A stretch of DNA of 64,000 nucleotides from Candidatus Sumerlaeaceae bacterium (GTDB taxonomy: Bacteria > Sumerlaeota > Sumerlaeia > Sumerlaeales > Sumerlaeaceae): positions 1-64,000 of the forward strand of contig JBPCLP010000058.1 in the NCBI GenBank assembly GCA_051003195.1, read 5' to 3'. The notes under the pieces were generated by a model. It worked only from the letters and a program-made list of their open reading frames with translations, was not told where the DNA came from and ran no database searches. Both the position numbers and the translations under genes were made by a program. This document shows positions 20,596 to 30,703 of this stretch, in pieces. Positions within the stretch are counted from its first letter, which is position 1; the number at the start of each line of letters is the position of its first letter.

Positions 20596-22074
20596 TTGGC
20601 AGGCACGGTGGTCCAGCGCCTTGTCAGCATCGCATGCCTTGCGATCATTGCACGGCTGATTTCCAAGGATTCCTACGGCGTCTTTCGGGAGCTTTTGTCT
20701 CTGCATCTCATTTGTTTCGTGCTCCTTCCCATAGGCTTTGATCAGCTCTATGTTCGTGACGTTGCAGATCGACTGCATTATGCAAAAATGCTGCGCATCA
20801 TTGTCATCATCAGCGCGTTCGCTGTGGCGATCCTTGTCATTGTCCTCAAGCCATGGATCGCGGCAAAGCTCAACCTTCAGGAGCACAGTTATCTGCTGTA
20901 CGTGTTCTGGCTTCCGCTGCTGTTTCAGGCTGCGAAGTTGCCGCGAAAAATCATGCTTGCCGCGAAACTGGATTTTCGCAATATCGGCATTGGCGAGTTC
21001 CTGAACACGTTCGCAACCATGGCGGGCGGCGCATTGTTGCTGTTCTGGTGGCGCACTCCGGCGGCCCTTTATGTGGCGTACACTATGGGCGAGGTGCTCG
21101 AGTTCGCTTTCCTGCGCACTCGGCCAATGGGTCTAACCGTGGATATTGGCGCGGGCTTGGCGTCCATGCAGCAGGTCGGCCCAAAGCAGTGGAGATTCGC
21201 TCTCTTTTCCAGCAGCGATCAGGTACTGAATGCCATGAGCGCGAACGCGCCTGTACTATTGCTTGGCGGGGCACTGAGCCACGAAAGCGCCGCGAAATTC
21301 TCGATGGCCAGCTCGCTGATTACGATGCCGCTGTTCCTCCTCGTTGGCGCACTTTCGCGGGTTACTCTGCCAAGTCTTGCCGGGCGCAACGAGCGCGAAC
21401 TTCAGGCGCGCATCCTCGATGTGCTTGGCGGTGCCGCGGCTTACATTGTGCCGGTGCTCATTGGTGTTGCCATCTTTGCACAGCCGCTTGTGCACATTGT
21501 ACTCGGTCGGTCATGGGTGGAAGAAACCGCGCCGTTTGTGCAGTGGCTTGCAATTTATTGTATATTCGTCGGGCTCTTCTCCGGCATTTCGAGCCTGGAT
21601 GTAATACGAGATCGAATGGACATCGGGCTCGGCTGGAATGTGACCACATTTGTACTTAGAGCGACCGCCCTGGTTTGGGGACAGCGCTACGGCGTTATAC
21701 CCGCGGTTGCGGCGTACTCTATTGTATCTGCCATCATGTGGTTGGCAAACGGCTTCATACTCGGCTGGCTGCTACGATGCGGAACCTGGAAGTTTCACAG
21801 CACCTGGCTAAAGTTTGTTCCACTGTGGCTTGCGCTGGCAATTGCGTGCTGGATCACCAACCGTCTCCTGCTGCAGTGGCCGTTCATCGCTGTGGTAACG
21901 GCATTGCTGCCCGCTCTGCTGTATATTGGCGCCGTGCATCTTTTCTATCCTTCGACTGCACAGCTGTTCCAGCGGCTGTTGACCAGCCCCCGAGTTCAAA
22001 ACGCCTTCGCGTTTTTGCGGAGGGGAGAGAGTGCGGACCTGGCGTCCGGCGGCACCGGAACCGGAATTCCATGA
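20596..22074 (+). CDS. polysaccharide/oligosaccharide flippase (Wzx/MOP family)
   Basis: About 12-14 TM helices, IARLIS..YG, ..RVTLPSL.., PLVHIVLG..W; the true start may lie upstream. Confidence 0.85.
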   Translation: MAGTVVQRLVSIACLAIIARLISKDSYGVFRELLSLHLICFVLLPIGFDQLYVRDVADRLHYAKMLRIIVIISAFAVAILVIVLKPWIAAKLNLQEHSYLLYVFWLPLLFQAAKLPRKIMLAAKLDFRNIGIGEFLNTFATMAGGALLLFWWRTPAALYVAYTMGEVLEFAFLRTRPMGLTVDIGAGLASMQQVGPKQWRFALFSSSDQVLNAMSANAPVLLLGGALSHESAAKFSMASSLITMPLFLLVGALSRVTLPSLAGRNERELQARILDVLGGAAAYIVPVLIGVAIFAQPLVHIVLGRSWVEETAPFVQWLAIYCIFVGLFSGISSLDVIRDRMDIGLGWNVTTFVLRATALVWGQRYGVIPAVAAYSIVSAIMWLANGFILGWLLRCGTWKFHSTWLKFVPLWLALAIACWITNRLLLQWPFIAVVTALLPALLYIGAVHLFYPSTAQLFQRLLTSPRVQNAFAFLRRGESADLASGGTGTGIP

Positions 22075-23765
22075 TCCTGGTTTGTCTAAGTAAACGTGGT
22101 ATCGAGCTGCATAATACGCCGGAAGTGCGCACGGTAAACGACCCTGTAATACTCACGTTGGGATACGCGGATAAACACCCGGTGGCCGAGGTACCACTGG
22201 AGTTTTCTAACTGGGGCCTGCTGACGCAGGTGCTTTGCTGCGCTGAAAAAGTTGAAGTGCTCACCGATCATGCAGGCGCATACCCATTGTATTTCGCTCG
22301 CGCCGCCGACAGCATCTGGATAGGATCGAGCGCGTGGGAAGTTGTAGCGAGGGCACAACTTCAAGCCATGAACTACGCGGCGTGTATGGAGATGTTGGCG
22401 TATGAGTTTGTGATTGGCCCACACACGCTCGTGGAAGGGCTGGAAGAACTTCGCCCTGGAATACTGACGACTTTCTCCTTTGAAAGCGGAACATGGCAAA
22501 GAAGCGAACAAATCCGCTGGCAACTCGAGTACACTGGAGACAGCAAATTAACCCTGAAGGACCGAACGAGACTCGGTGCGGAAATCATGCATGCTGCGTG
22601 TGCCCCAGTCGTCGAGCGGGCGCAAGACGCAACGTCGCCGCTGGCCTTGAATCTTAGTGGCGGGTGGGATTCTCGGGCGGTACTCGCATGCCTGTTACCT
22701 CTCGGTCCGCAGCATCTCTTCACATCCACGTATGGTGATGAAACTTACAGCGGCGTAAAAATCGCCCGCGCAGCATCCGCGTCGGTCGGCATCCCCCACC
22801 GCTTCTTTCCATTTTCCTCAGGTCAGATGCTGCGCGAGTGGTTCATTGAATTATGCCGCGCTTTACCCCCCGTGATTCGGTTCAATCTCGCGGATGGCGG
22901 ATATGCGATGTCGCGCCAGTTGTACGGCGCAACCTGCGGCGTCAGTTGTGGGCACAGTGGAGACTTTTTTACCGGCGCTCCTTTCTATCCCGCCGATAAG
23001 GTTAAAAACGCCGATCAACTTTGCGCCTGGCTAAAGCGTTCAATGCGAAGCGCTTTTCCGCGCGACCAGTTGCTGCGGATTCTGCATCCGAAGCATCGTG
23101 ATCTGGCGGATGCGCCCGAAGACCACCTCTCTCAAACTGCCAATGAGGTATTCGCGCCCGGCTATACAGGCGTGTTGCGGTGGAAGCTGGAACATCGCGT
23201 TCGACGCGCCGCGGTCGTTGAGCTGCGCGTGCTTGAGCAGCGTACCCCCATTGTCTACGCGCCGCTGCTCCATCGCGACTTCATCGCGTTCTGGGGAACC
23301 GTGCCTCCTGGGGACCTCGTCGGCCAGAGCCTCTACAAACGCATACTGGCCGAGCAGCTTTTCACAGGTGCAGCTCGACCACTCGCTGAGTTACCACGCG
23401 AAGGAGGCGGCTCTGTTCGCGAATTCGGTCCACTCTCTAAATGGAAGGGTTTCACGCGAAAGAAAATAGCTGGCTTGAAGCGCCGAGTAGCGCCGGCAGC
23501 TGCCGCGCAAGCTTCCGCAGCAGACCCCACGGCCCGGTGGTGGCGCGGTGATCCAGAACTGCGGCAGTGGGCGTGGCAAACTCTCCAGCATTCGCCATTG
23601 ATTGCAGAGTTGTTTGATCTTGCACGACTCAAGACCCTCATACTGGAACAATCCATGAGTGATTTCCCGCTGGCGCGCATTGGCGTCTGGAATATGCTGA
23701 CTTTGGCGGGCGTGGAGCAAGTCCTTCGGGAGCTGCAATCACTTACGCGGGCGCCGCGTGATTGA
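22071..23765 (+). CDS. asparagine-synthase-like amidoligase (probably glycan-modifying)
   Basis: ATGA overlap with the flippase stop; TDHAGAYPLYF, LSGGWDSRAV PP-loop, GHSGD, APLLHRDF. Confidence 0.75.
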   Translation: MILVCLSKRGIELHNTPEVRTVNDPVILTLGYADKHPVAEVPLEFSNWGLLTQVLCCAEKVEVLTDHAGAYPLYFARAADSIWIGSSAWEVVARAQLQAMNYAACMEMLAYEFVIGPHTLVEGLEELRPGILTTFSFESGTWQRSEQIRWQLEYTGDSKLTLKDRTRLGAEIMHAACAPVVERAQDATSPLALNLSGGWDSRAVLACLLPLGPQHLFTSTYGDETYSGVKIARAASASVGIPHRFFPFSSGQMLREWFIELCRALPPVIRFNLADGGYAMSRQLYGATCGVSCGHSGDFFTGAPFYPADKVKNADQLCAWLKRSMRSAFPRDQLLRILHPKHRDLADAPEDHLSQTANEVFAPGYTGVLRWKLEHRVRRAAVVELRVLEQRTPIVYAPLLHRDFIAFWGTVPPGDLVGQSLYKRILAEQLFTGAARPLAELPREGGGSVREFGPLSKWKGFTRKKIAGLKRRVAPAAAAQASAADPTARWWRGDPELRQWAWQTLQHSPLIAELFDLARLKTLILEQSMSDFPLARIGVWNMLTLAGVEQVLRELQSLTRAPRD

Positions 23766-23775
23766 GCGACAATTG

Positions 23776-24159
23776 ATGAGTGCGCTACACAAAATTCTAT
23801 TAATTGAAGACGACGAAACGAGCCGCGATATGCTCAAGTTGCGCCTTGAGCTGAATGGCTTCGAGGTAGCCTGCGCGATGGATGGCAAGGCCGGGATCCA
23901 CGCGGTCACTACGGCCGCGCCAGACTTAATCCTGCTGGATATGAACCTGCCAGAAATGGACGGATGGGCGGTCGCTGCCTGCTTCAAAGCCCACGGCGAT
24001 ACGGCTGGAATTCCAATCATTGGGGTCTCGGCGCACGCAATGGCCGGAGATCGCGAACGCGCACTCAAGGCCGGTTGCGACGAATACGAAACAAAGCCGC
24101 TGGAGTGGGCCAGGCTGCTACCGAAAATGGAACGTCTGCTTAAACAGAGGCTTACATGA
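23776..24159 (+). CDS. single-domain response regulator (DivK-like)
   Basis: ILLIEDD, LILLDMNLPEMDG, SAHAM.GDRERAL.AGCD.Y.TKP. Confidence 0.93.
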   Translation: MSALHKILLIEDDETSRDMLKLRLELNGFEVACAMDGKAGIHAVTTAAPDLILLDMNLPEMDGWAVAACFKAHGDTAGIPIIGVSAHAMAGDRERALKAGCDEYETKPLEWARLLPKMERLLKQRLT

Positions 24160-25283
24160 ACCCGGCCGCAACGCATTTGCTGGTGGTCGACGACAACGAG
24201 GTAAACCGCGACATGCTCGCCCTTCACTTGGAGATGCGCGGATTCAAATCCACGCTTGCGGCGTCGGGACGAGAGGCTCTGTCGCTCCTGCAACTGCCGC
24301 ACATGCCCGGTCTTGCACGGTCGGAGGAACGTGAATTCGATCTGGTGCTACTGGATGTCATGATGCCGCAGATCAGTGGAATTGAAGTGCTGAACGAAAT
24401 CCGGCTGCGGTACTCACGTGCCGAGCTGCCGGTCCTGATGGTCACCGCAAAGGACGCGAGCGAAGATGTAGTCGAAGCGCTTCAGCAGGGCGCGAACGAT
24501 TACATTACCAAGCCCATCGATTTCCCGGTTCTCTTTGCCCGGCTGGAAGCGGCTTTGCAGGTGCAGCGGCTCACGAGAGAGAAAGATGAGTTCATGGCAA
24601 TTGCCAGCCACGACCTCAAGAATCCGCTCGCCGTTGTCCGGGGTTTTGTTAAGATGATTCACGCAACGACTCCTGAGGGAACCCCGCTCTCCACCGATGC
24701 ACGGGACATGCTGCAGCGCGTGTTTCGGCAAACCACTTCCATGGAACGAATCATCAGCGACTTTCTTGATTTTAATGCCATTCAGGACGGGCACCTGGTA
24801 CTCCAGCGCGAACCGATTGACCTCTGCGCAATTGCGCATTCGGTGCTCCAGAACATGGAGGTTTACGCTAAAGAAAAAGGCATCGCCATCCATGAGTCTG
24901 AATGCAGTGCTTTAACCGTGCTGGGGGATGAAGCGCGCCTTGAGCAGGTTCTGCAGAATTATATAGGGAATGCCATTAAGTTCGGTGTTGCAGGAAGTGA
25001 CGTTCGCATTAGTGTATCTCACAGAGACACGCGTGTACGCGTTGAAGTCCGCGACAGTGGGCCAGGTATTCCGGAGCACGAAGCAGACCGACTGTTCGTC
25101 AAATACTCGCGGCTCAGCACTCGACCCACAGCTGGGGAGAAAAGCAGCGGACTCGGACTGGTGATCTGCAAACAAATCGTTGAATTGCATGGAGGACAGG
25201 TGGGAGCGCGCAACAACACGCCGGATAAAGGCGCGACATTCTGGTTTGAGTTGCCAGCAGGTGACGCTTCTTCCAAACTGTAG
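24156..25283 (+). CDS. hybrid REC-histidine kinase
   Basis: N-terminal receiver domain, ASHDLKNPL, NAIKF, DSGPG, SGLGL. Confidence 0.93.
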   Translation: MNPAATHLLVVDDNEVNRDMLALHLEMRGFKSTLAASGREALSLLQLPHMPGLARSEEREFDLVLLDVMMPQISGIEVLNEIRLRYSRAELPVLMVTAKDASEDVVEALQQGANDYITKPIDFPVLFARLEAALQVQRLTREKDEFMAIASHDLKNPLAVVRGFVKMIHATTPEGTPLSTDARDMLQRVFRQTTSMERIISDFLDFNAIQDGHLVLQREPIDLCAIAHSVLQNMEVYAKEKGIAIHESECSALTVLGDEARLEQVLQNYIGNAIKFGVAGSDVRISVSHRDTRVRVEVRDSGPGIPEHEADRLFVKYSRLSTRPTAGEKSSGLGLVICKQIVELHGGQVGARNNTPDKGATFWFELPAGDASSKL

Positions 25284-25292
25284 AAGAAGCCA

Positions 25293-25847
25293 TTAAGATT
25301 TCTCGAAAATCTCCCGGAGACAAATCTCCATGCCCTCCGCAATGCCTTCGCCGTTTACTACTTCCTCACCCTCTACCAGCATGCGGGTGCCATTTCGAAA
25401 GCAGATCTCCAGCGTCTGGTTCTCCGGGTCGGCAATCCACATTTGCTCGCCCCCGGCGCCAAAGTACTTCTGTCGCTTGTACGCAATTTCCGTTCGGCGA
25501 TTGGTAGGAGATAAGACTTCGACCGCGATTTCCGGCGCGAATTCCATCCAGACCGAATTCGTTTCCGGACGTTTCCTGAACAGGCAGGCATCGGGCGATA
25601 ACAGTGTGTCGGGATTGCGTTGCACCACAAAACCTTCGTTGTCATTGCCATAGTCCAAATCAGGCCGGGACTTACAGAACTCATAGAACACGAACAGGAA
25701 CTTCGACGCGATTCGGTTATGATATTTTCCCGCCGGTTCGCAAACCACCAGTTCGCCTTCGATAAGCTCGGTGCATTTATACGGCATTCCTGGTTGTACC
25801 AGGTCCTCGGCGCGGTAGGTAGAAACGGTATCAACCACAACGGACAT
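25293..25847 (-). CDS. Uma2/DUF820 family PD-(D/E)xK nuclease-fold protein
   Basis: ELIEGEL, SPDAC, PEIAVEVLSP, K..KYF..G..MWIADP. Confidence 0.88.
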   Translation of the reverse strand: MSVVVDTVSTYRAEDLVQPGMPYKCTELIEGELVVCEPAGKYHNRIASKFLFVFYEFCKSRPDLDYGNDNEGFVVQRNPDTLLSPDACLFRKRPETNSVWMEFAPEIAVEVLSPTNRRTEIAYKRQKYFGAGGEQMWIADPENQTLEICFRNGTRMLVEGEEVVNGEGIAEGMEICLREIFEKS

Positions 25848-25908
25848 GCTCGTGCTCCTGAGTTGCGCGGATTCAAATCCAAAAACCGGACTGGGTTAAA
25901 ATTGTTCA

Positions 25909-26871
25909 TCATATCGCATCGGTGGTACTCTGCATATACTTGTGCAGAAAGGGCATGCCGCACGCTGCGGGTAATATATAGCGAAGGTTCACATACATCG
26001 CGACACCAAGCATAACCTCACCTGGAAATCCTGGAAACAGCGCGATCAGCGCGGCGTCGCGAGTGCCGAAACCCGCGATTGAAATCGGCAGCAGACCTAT
26101 AAATATCGCCAGAGGTACCAGCGTGGCAAATTGTGCAAGCGGAGCGGCCGCGCCAAGCGAGCGAAAGAAGAAGTAAATCTGCACCAGGTGCAGGCACCAG
26201 ATCAGCATCGACATTGCTACGATTTCCGCCCTCCGTGCGCCGTGGGACTGCAGCATGTGGATGACATCATGACCTGTCGCTGCGAGGGTGTGTAATTTTC
26301 GCAGCTTTGGTTTTCCGTCGAGCCACTGCAGCCCTCGAGTAAAACCCGGAATATAACGAGTGGGCACGAAGTACAACGCCGCGACACCAGCAACTGCTGC
26401 ACAGCCGATCACCGCTGCGACTAAGGCAGCGCGCGTTTGCAGGTCGGTCTCACCGTTACTTGCCAGCAACGCTGCTACTCCCAGCAGCATGACGCCGGCA
26501 AGAGTCGCAACATCGAGTAGCTTTTCAAATACGACCACGTTCATTGCGCGCGTGAGATCCAGCAGGCCCCTGCGGCTGAGAAAATACCCCTTAGACAAAT
26601 CTCCCATCTTCGAAGGCAACACCAGGTTCATCGTCTGGCTGGCTAGAACCAGGCGCACGGACTCACCGAGCTTTAGCTGCGTGAACACGTCCACGAGCCG
26701 CTTCCAACGCCATGCGATTACCAGCACCTGCGGCACAAACGCCAACATCGCCGCTGCAAACCAGCCCCAGTGCGTCTGTCTAAGGTTCTGCCAAAGCTTC
26801 GGTTGATCGACTTTCCAGAATAGTAGCGCCAGTATCACCACCGTGATGGCCAAAGCTGCCAGACGCTTCAC
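25909..26871 (-). CDS. lysylphosphatidylglycerol synthase TM / flippase-like membrane protein (UPF0104)
   Basis: AWRWK.L, N.VLPSKMGD, EKLLD, LPISIAGFGTRDA. Confidence 0.85.
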   Translation of the reverse strand: MKRLAALAITVVILALLFWKVDQPKLWQNLRQTHWGWFAAAMLAFVPQVLVIAWRWKRLVDVFTQLKLGESVRLVLASQTMNLVLPSKMGDLSKGYFLSRRGLLDLTRAMNVVVFEKLLDVATLAGVMLLGVAALLASNGETDLQTRAALVAAVIGCAAVAGVAALYFVPTRYIPGFTRGLQWLDGKPKLRKLHTLAATGHDVIHMLQSHGARRAEIVAMSMLIWCLHLVQIYFFFRSLGAAAPLAQFATLVPLAIFIGLLPISIAGFGTRDAALIALFPGFPGEVMLGVAMYVNLRYILPAACGMPFLHKYMQSTTDAI

Positions 26872-26917
26872 TGGGTATTCTTTCGCGGTTTCCTCAACTT
26901 CCCGGCTATCCCGTGCT

Positions 26918-28597
26918 TCAAATTGTCTCTACCCGGATTACGATGGTCTCATCGCCCCAGGAGTTGGCGTTCACGCCCTCAACCACCTGCGGTAGCTCGC
27001 GCCAGGGCATTAGCACACTTCGCTGGTAAACATTAGAATTCGCGACGTAGATCGAAGTCGCATCGCTGCTTAAATGCGCGGATGCTAATCCAGGCGCAGA
27101 CTCCGGCTTCGATATGGCGGTATATACCGTAATTTGCTCCGGCTCAAATCGCAGCTCGCGCTTAAACCGGTACTCGGTCCCCTGCTTGCCGGTGATCAGC
27201 ACCTTCTGGAGAGTGGAGCGTAATAAATTTGGCGCGAACCGCCCCAGCGTCAGGTTGAGCAAACGAAACGCGATCTGCGTCAGCGGCGTCGCGAGTTTCG
27301 TTTGTCGCCGGCACATTGAACCCCCGGATCCATAGACACCATTTTCCACATCTACCGTAGTTATGTACTCATCGACGATATGCGAGACAATCACCTTGCC
27401 CCCCGCCGTGCGCGCAATCACACCCGTGTCGCTGTAAACCGGTCCCGCCGGATTCGTGGCCTTTACGACTGCACCTTTGGAAAGATTCACGACCGCGTGG
27501 TACGCAGGCGTGATATGCACGGCCAATTGTGCCTTTTGGAAATAGCGCCGGTAGTTCTGCGGGGCAACGTCCTCCCCAGCGGTGCCGTCATTCGCCAGCT
27601 CCGACCGCAGTGGCGAGAAATCCTGGTAGGCCTGCATCCAGTCGCACAGGTAGTGTGCGCACATGCGATCGTCGTCGTTGAAGTAGCGCGCGCGCGATGG
27701 CAGCGCGCGAGTCAGGAACATGTCGGCCACGTACGCCGCCTTGCGATTCCGCGACGCCATCACTTCGAACCCGTGCGGATAAAAATGGTAGGTGTTCCGG
27801 CTGCCGTACTCGCCGGCGTAGCTGCCGTCCGGGTGCATGAAGTGCCAGCAGAAGTCCACCGCCGGGTTTAGCAAATCCAGCAAATCCACGTTTTTGCTTT
27901 TTAAAAAGAGCTTTGCGAGAAACGCGACCGTGCAACTCTGGTATCCCGGATCCGCGCCTTCATATTCCTGGAACCAGCCCTCCTCCGGATGAAACCAGTC
28001 GCGACATATTTGAATGAATCGGTTGCTGGCTGACTCGAAGCGCTTTTCACCAGTCACCAGGAACGTATTATAAAGTGCCAGTGCTGCAAGTGCCTGGTGA
28101 TTGGTAAGCCGCCCGGTCTCATTGTGAGTCGAGAGGTAATCCGCGCGACGTACAAAAAACTCGAGGTGCTCAGCGCGTCGCTCGTTTAGTGCGAGGCACG
28201 TCTCTGTCATCGCGTTAAGCGAAAACACCAACGCCCCGAGCGCCCGCTCATACGGAAAGTAGTCATCGCAGGAGCCGTCCCGATGAGCGCTGCGCATTGC
28301 GAACTCTACGCCCGCGAGCGCCAGGTCACGCACTCGTTCCCCCTGGTAATACGGATTATCGGGAAATGGATGCGCATACGCCAGCGCAAGCGGCAGGCAG
28401 AACTCCTGGTACATTCCGCAGGGAAAGTCCATAGTGCGGTAATGCCAGTAGCTCCGGTCGAAACTGCCATAGGACGGGCTGTAGCTGTTTCGGTCCACCA
28501 TCTGGAACAGCCGCGGCAGATAGGTAAACGCCTCGTCGGTATAGCGGCGTCGCAGCAGTTGCAATGAATCGGAAATCCTGGGCTGAGGCTGGCTCAT
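26918..28597 (-). CDS. hypothetical protein of a glycan locus, possibly alpha/alpha-toroid fold
   Basis: Start at the ATG overlapping the upstream stop (TGATG); motifs FDRSYWHY, NHQALAAL, GWFQEYEGADPGY, GEYGSRNT. Confidence 0.7.
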   Translation of the reverse strand: MSQPQPRISDSLQLLRRRYTDEAFTYLPRLFQMVDRNSYSPSYGSFDRSYWHYRTMDFPCGMYQEFCLPLALAYAHPFPDNPYYQGERVRDLALAGVEFAMRSAHRDGSCDDYFPYERALGALVFSLNAMTETCLALNERRAEHLEFFVRRADYLSTHNETGRLTNHQALAALALYNTFLVTGEKRFESASNRFIQICRDWFHPEEGWFQEYEGADPGYQSCTVAFLAKLFLKSKNVDLLDLLNPAVDFCWHFMHPDGSYAGEYGSRNTYHFYPHGFEVMASRNRKAAYVADMFLTRALPSRARYFNDDDRMCAHYLCDWMQAYQDFSPLRSELANDGTAGEDVAPQNYRRYFQKAQLAVHITPAYHAVVNLSKGAVVKATNPAGPVYSDTGVIARTAGGKVIVSHIVDEYITTVDVENGVYGSGGSMCRRQTKLATPLTQIAFRLLNLTLGRFAPNLLRSTLQKVLITGKQGTEYRFKRELRFEPEQITVYTAISKPESAPGLASAHLSSDATSIYVANSNVYQRSVLMPWRELPQVVEGVNANSWGDETIVIRVETI

Positions 28598-29502
28598 CAG
28601 CGACGCCGCTGCGCCACAATCAGGTCCGCCAGCAGGCCGATAGCTGCCAGCAATATGCCGGTGCATATAATGATGATATCCGACTCTTCGAGCGAGTGCT
28701 TCGCATGAATGAAAAAATCGTAGCATGATTTGAGCACGCCCACCGCCACCGTGATTAACGCGAGGGGCCCGTACACACGCAGCGGCCGAAAATAAGTAGC
28801 CACTCGCACCACAGTGCTCAGGTATTTCGCGGTGTCGCGCAAGGGATGAAACTTTGAGCGTCCGCCCGCACGTTTGTAGTAGGGCGTTGAGACATACTTC
28901 ACCGGGTGTCCGTTTGTTAAAAAGGCGAGCGTCATGGTGGTCACACAGGAAAAGCCATCGGGCAGCACCCACAGATACTTCAGCATGATCGAGCGCTTGA
29001 ACGCCTTCAGGCCGGTATTGAGATCGGGTATGTTACGCCCCGCGAGGTAAATTGCGAGCCACCTGATCAGCGTTTTTGCACCAGATCTCAACGGCCGCAG
29101 AGTCCCCTGTTCGCTTGTTCGCGCGCCATTCACCTGGTCATACTGAGGAAAATAAGACAACATCTCGGGAATTGTCCGCGGCTCATAGGTTCCGTCGCCA
29201 TCAAGCATCACCACGATTTCGCCGCGCGCCTCCTGCACTCCGGTGCGTCGCGCGGCACCGCTGCCCAGGTTCATGGCATGGGACACAACGCGCGCCCCGG
29301 CTTCGTCTGCGATACGCCTGGTTTCATCCGTACTGCAATCGTCCACCACCAGCAGTTCGTAATCAATTCCTGCCGCTTCCATTACCGCGCGCACACCATT
29401 AACGACGCCCCCAATAGACGCTTCTTCGTTATACGCCGGGATGACGACGCTCACGTCGATGGTGTTCAAAGCATTCACAAGCTCACCACTCAATTGTTGC
29501 AC
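28597..29502 (-). CDS. GT2 glycosyltransferase (polyprenol-phosphate sugar synthase-like) with two C-terminal TM helices
   Basis: SVVIPAYNEE, VDDCSTD, LDGDG, DLNTGLKAF. Confidence 0.9.
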   Translation of the reverse strand: MQQLSGELVNALNTIDVSVVIPAYNEEASIGGVVNGVRAVMEAAGIDYELLVVDDCSTDETRRIADEAGARVVSHAMNLGSGAARRTGVQEARGEIVVMLDGDGTYEPRTIPEMLSYFPQYDQVNGARTSEQGTLRPLRSGAKTLIRWLAIYLAGRNIPDLNTGLKAFKRSIMLKYLWVLPDGFSCVTTMTLAFLTNGHPVKYVSTPYYKRAGGRSKFHPLRDTAKYLSTVVRVATYFRPLRVYGPLALITVAVGVLKSCYDFFIHAKHSLEESDIIIICTGILLAAIGLLADLIVAQRRR

Positions 29503-29611
29503 CGGTGCAGCGTCAAAGGATTATCATCCGCCCTGGACTTTTAATTGCACCAAACTCACCCCACGCTGACATGCGCTCCGCGAATAAACAGTGCCCCTTT
29601 CCATAGCCACA

Positions 29612-29712
29612 ACTAGTGTGCCGAATCCGTAGTTCCTAACCAGACCAAAGGGCAGACTTGACCTCGATTCGGCCCACAGAACAGATTACGAACTAACGGT
29701 AGACCGCACTAG
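29612..29712. repeat. ~100-bp MITE/REP-like element, copy 1
   Basis: About 91% identical to 30704-30803; ends CTAGTG...CACTAG; internal inverted repeat GCCGAATC/GATTCGGC. Confidence 0.85.
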
Positions 29713-29737
29713 CCACATTAAGGGGTGTGAACGGGAA

Positions 29738-30691
29738 ATGACACTGCTGGAAGTGCCGCCGCGGGAAGATCTCCACACCGAAATCCGCAGGCTCGCGAAA
29801 GAAAGAAACGCGGTCATTCTTGCCCATAATTACCAGCTGCCTGAGGTGCAGGATGTGGCGGACCACGTGGGCGACAGCCTTGGCTTGAGTATCAAGGCGC
29901 AGGAGACCGACGCTCAGGTTATTGTATTCTGCGGTGTGCATTTCATGGCCGAAAGCGCCAAAGTTTTGAACCCCGAGAAGACGGTGTTGCTGCCCAATCT
30001 AGCCGCGGGGTGCAGCCTTGCAGACTCGATCACGCCCGAGAGTCTCGAAGAGTGGAAAGAGCGCTACCCCGGCCACACGGTTGTCACGTATGTAAACTCG
30101 ACAGCCGAGGTCAAAGCGCTGAGCGACATATGCTGCACTTCGGCCAACGCTGTGAGTGTCGTCCGGAGCGTGGACAACGACAAGATCCTGTTCACACCGG
30201 ACCGCAACCTGGGCCGCTGGGTAGCCAACCAGGTGCCGGAGAAGGACGTGGCAATCTACGATGGTTGCTGTCCGATCCACGACATCGCGCGGGGTTCGAG
30301 CGTCAAAAAGGTCCGTGATCTCAATCCTGGTAGTGTCCTCATTGCGCACCCCGAGTGCCGGCAGGACATCATTGAAATGGCCGATGCGGTGGCTTCAACC
30401 ACCGGGATGATGACCGCCGTCGCAAGGTTCCCGGAGGCGCACACGGTTCTCATCGCGACCGAGAACGGCATTATTCATCAGCTGAAGAAGCTCTACCCCG
30501 ACAAGGAGTTCATCGTTGCGGACGGGTGCATCGGCTGCCGACTCAACTGCCCTTACATGAAGTGCATTACATTGGAGGACGTGGAGCGCAGTTTGCGCCA
30601 GGGCGTATTTGAAGTCACCGTGCCGGAGGACGTGATGCAAGGCGCCCGCCGGGCACTGGAGCGCATGCTGGCCGTGCCGCGAGACAATTAG
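29738..30691 (+). CDS. nadA: quinolinate synthase A
   Basis: ILAHNYQ, GDSLGLS, FCGVHFMAESAK, AGCSLA, YVNS, AHPEC, CPYMK. Confidence 0.97.
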   Translation: MTLLEVPPREDLHTEIRRLAKERNAVILAHNYQLPEVQDVADHVGDSLGLSIKAQETDAQVIVFCGVHFMAESAKVLNPEKTVLLPNLAAGCSLADSITPESLEEWKERYPGHTVVTYVNSTAEVKALSDICCTSANAVSVVRSVDNDKILFTPDRNLGRWVANQVPEKDVAIYDGCCPIHDIARGSSVKKVRDLNPGSVLIAHPECRQDIIEMADAVASTTGMMTAVARFPEAHTVLIATENGIIHQLKKLYPDKEFIVADGCIGCRLNCPYMKCITLEDVERSLRQGVFEVTVPEDVMQGARRALERMLAVPRDN

Positions 30692-30703
30692 TCCGGCGGA
30701 ATG

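Noticed and set aside
21675..22070. 5' extension of the 696-aa ORF
   Set aside because: It overlaps the flippase in another frame; the ATGA-coupled start at 22071 is more plausible
28598..28972. 5' extension of the 684-aa ORF
   Set aside because: It lies inside the GT2 gene; the coupled ATG at 28597 is preferred
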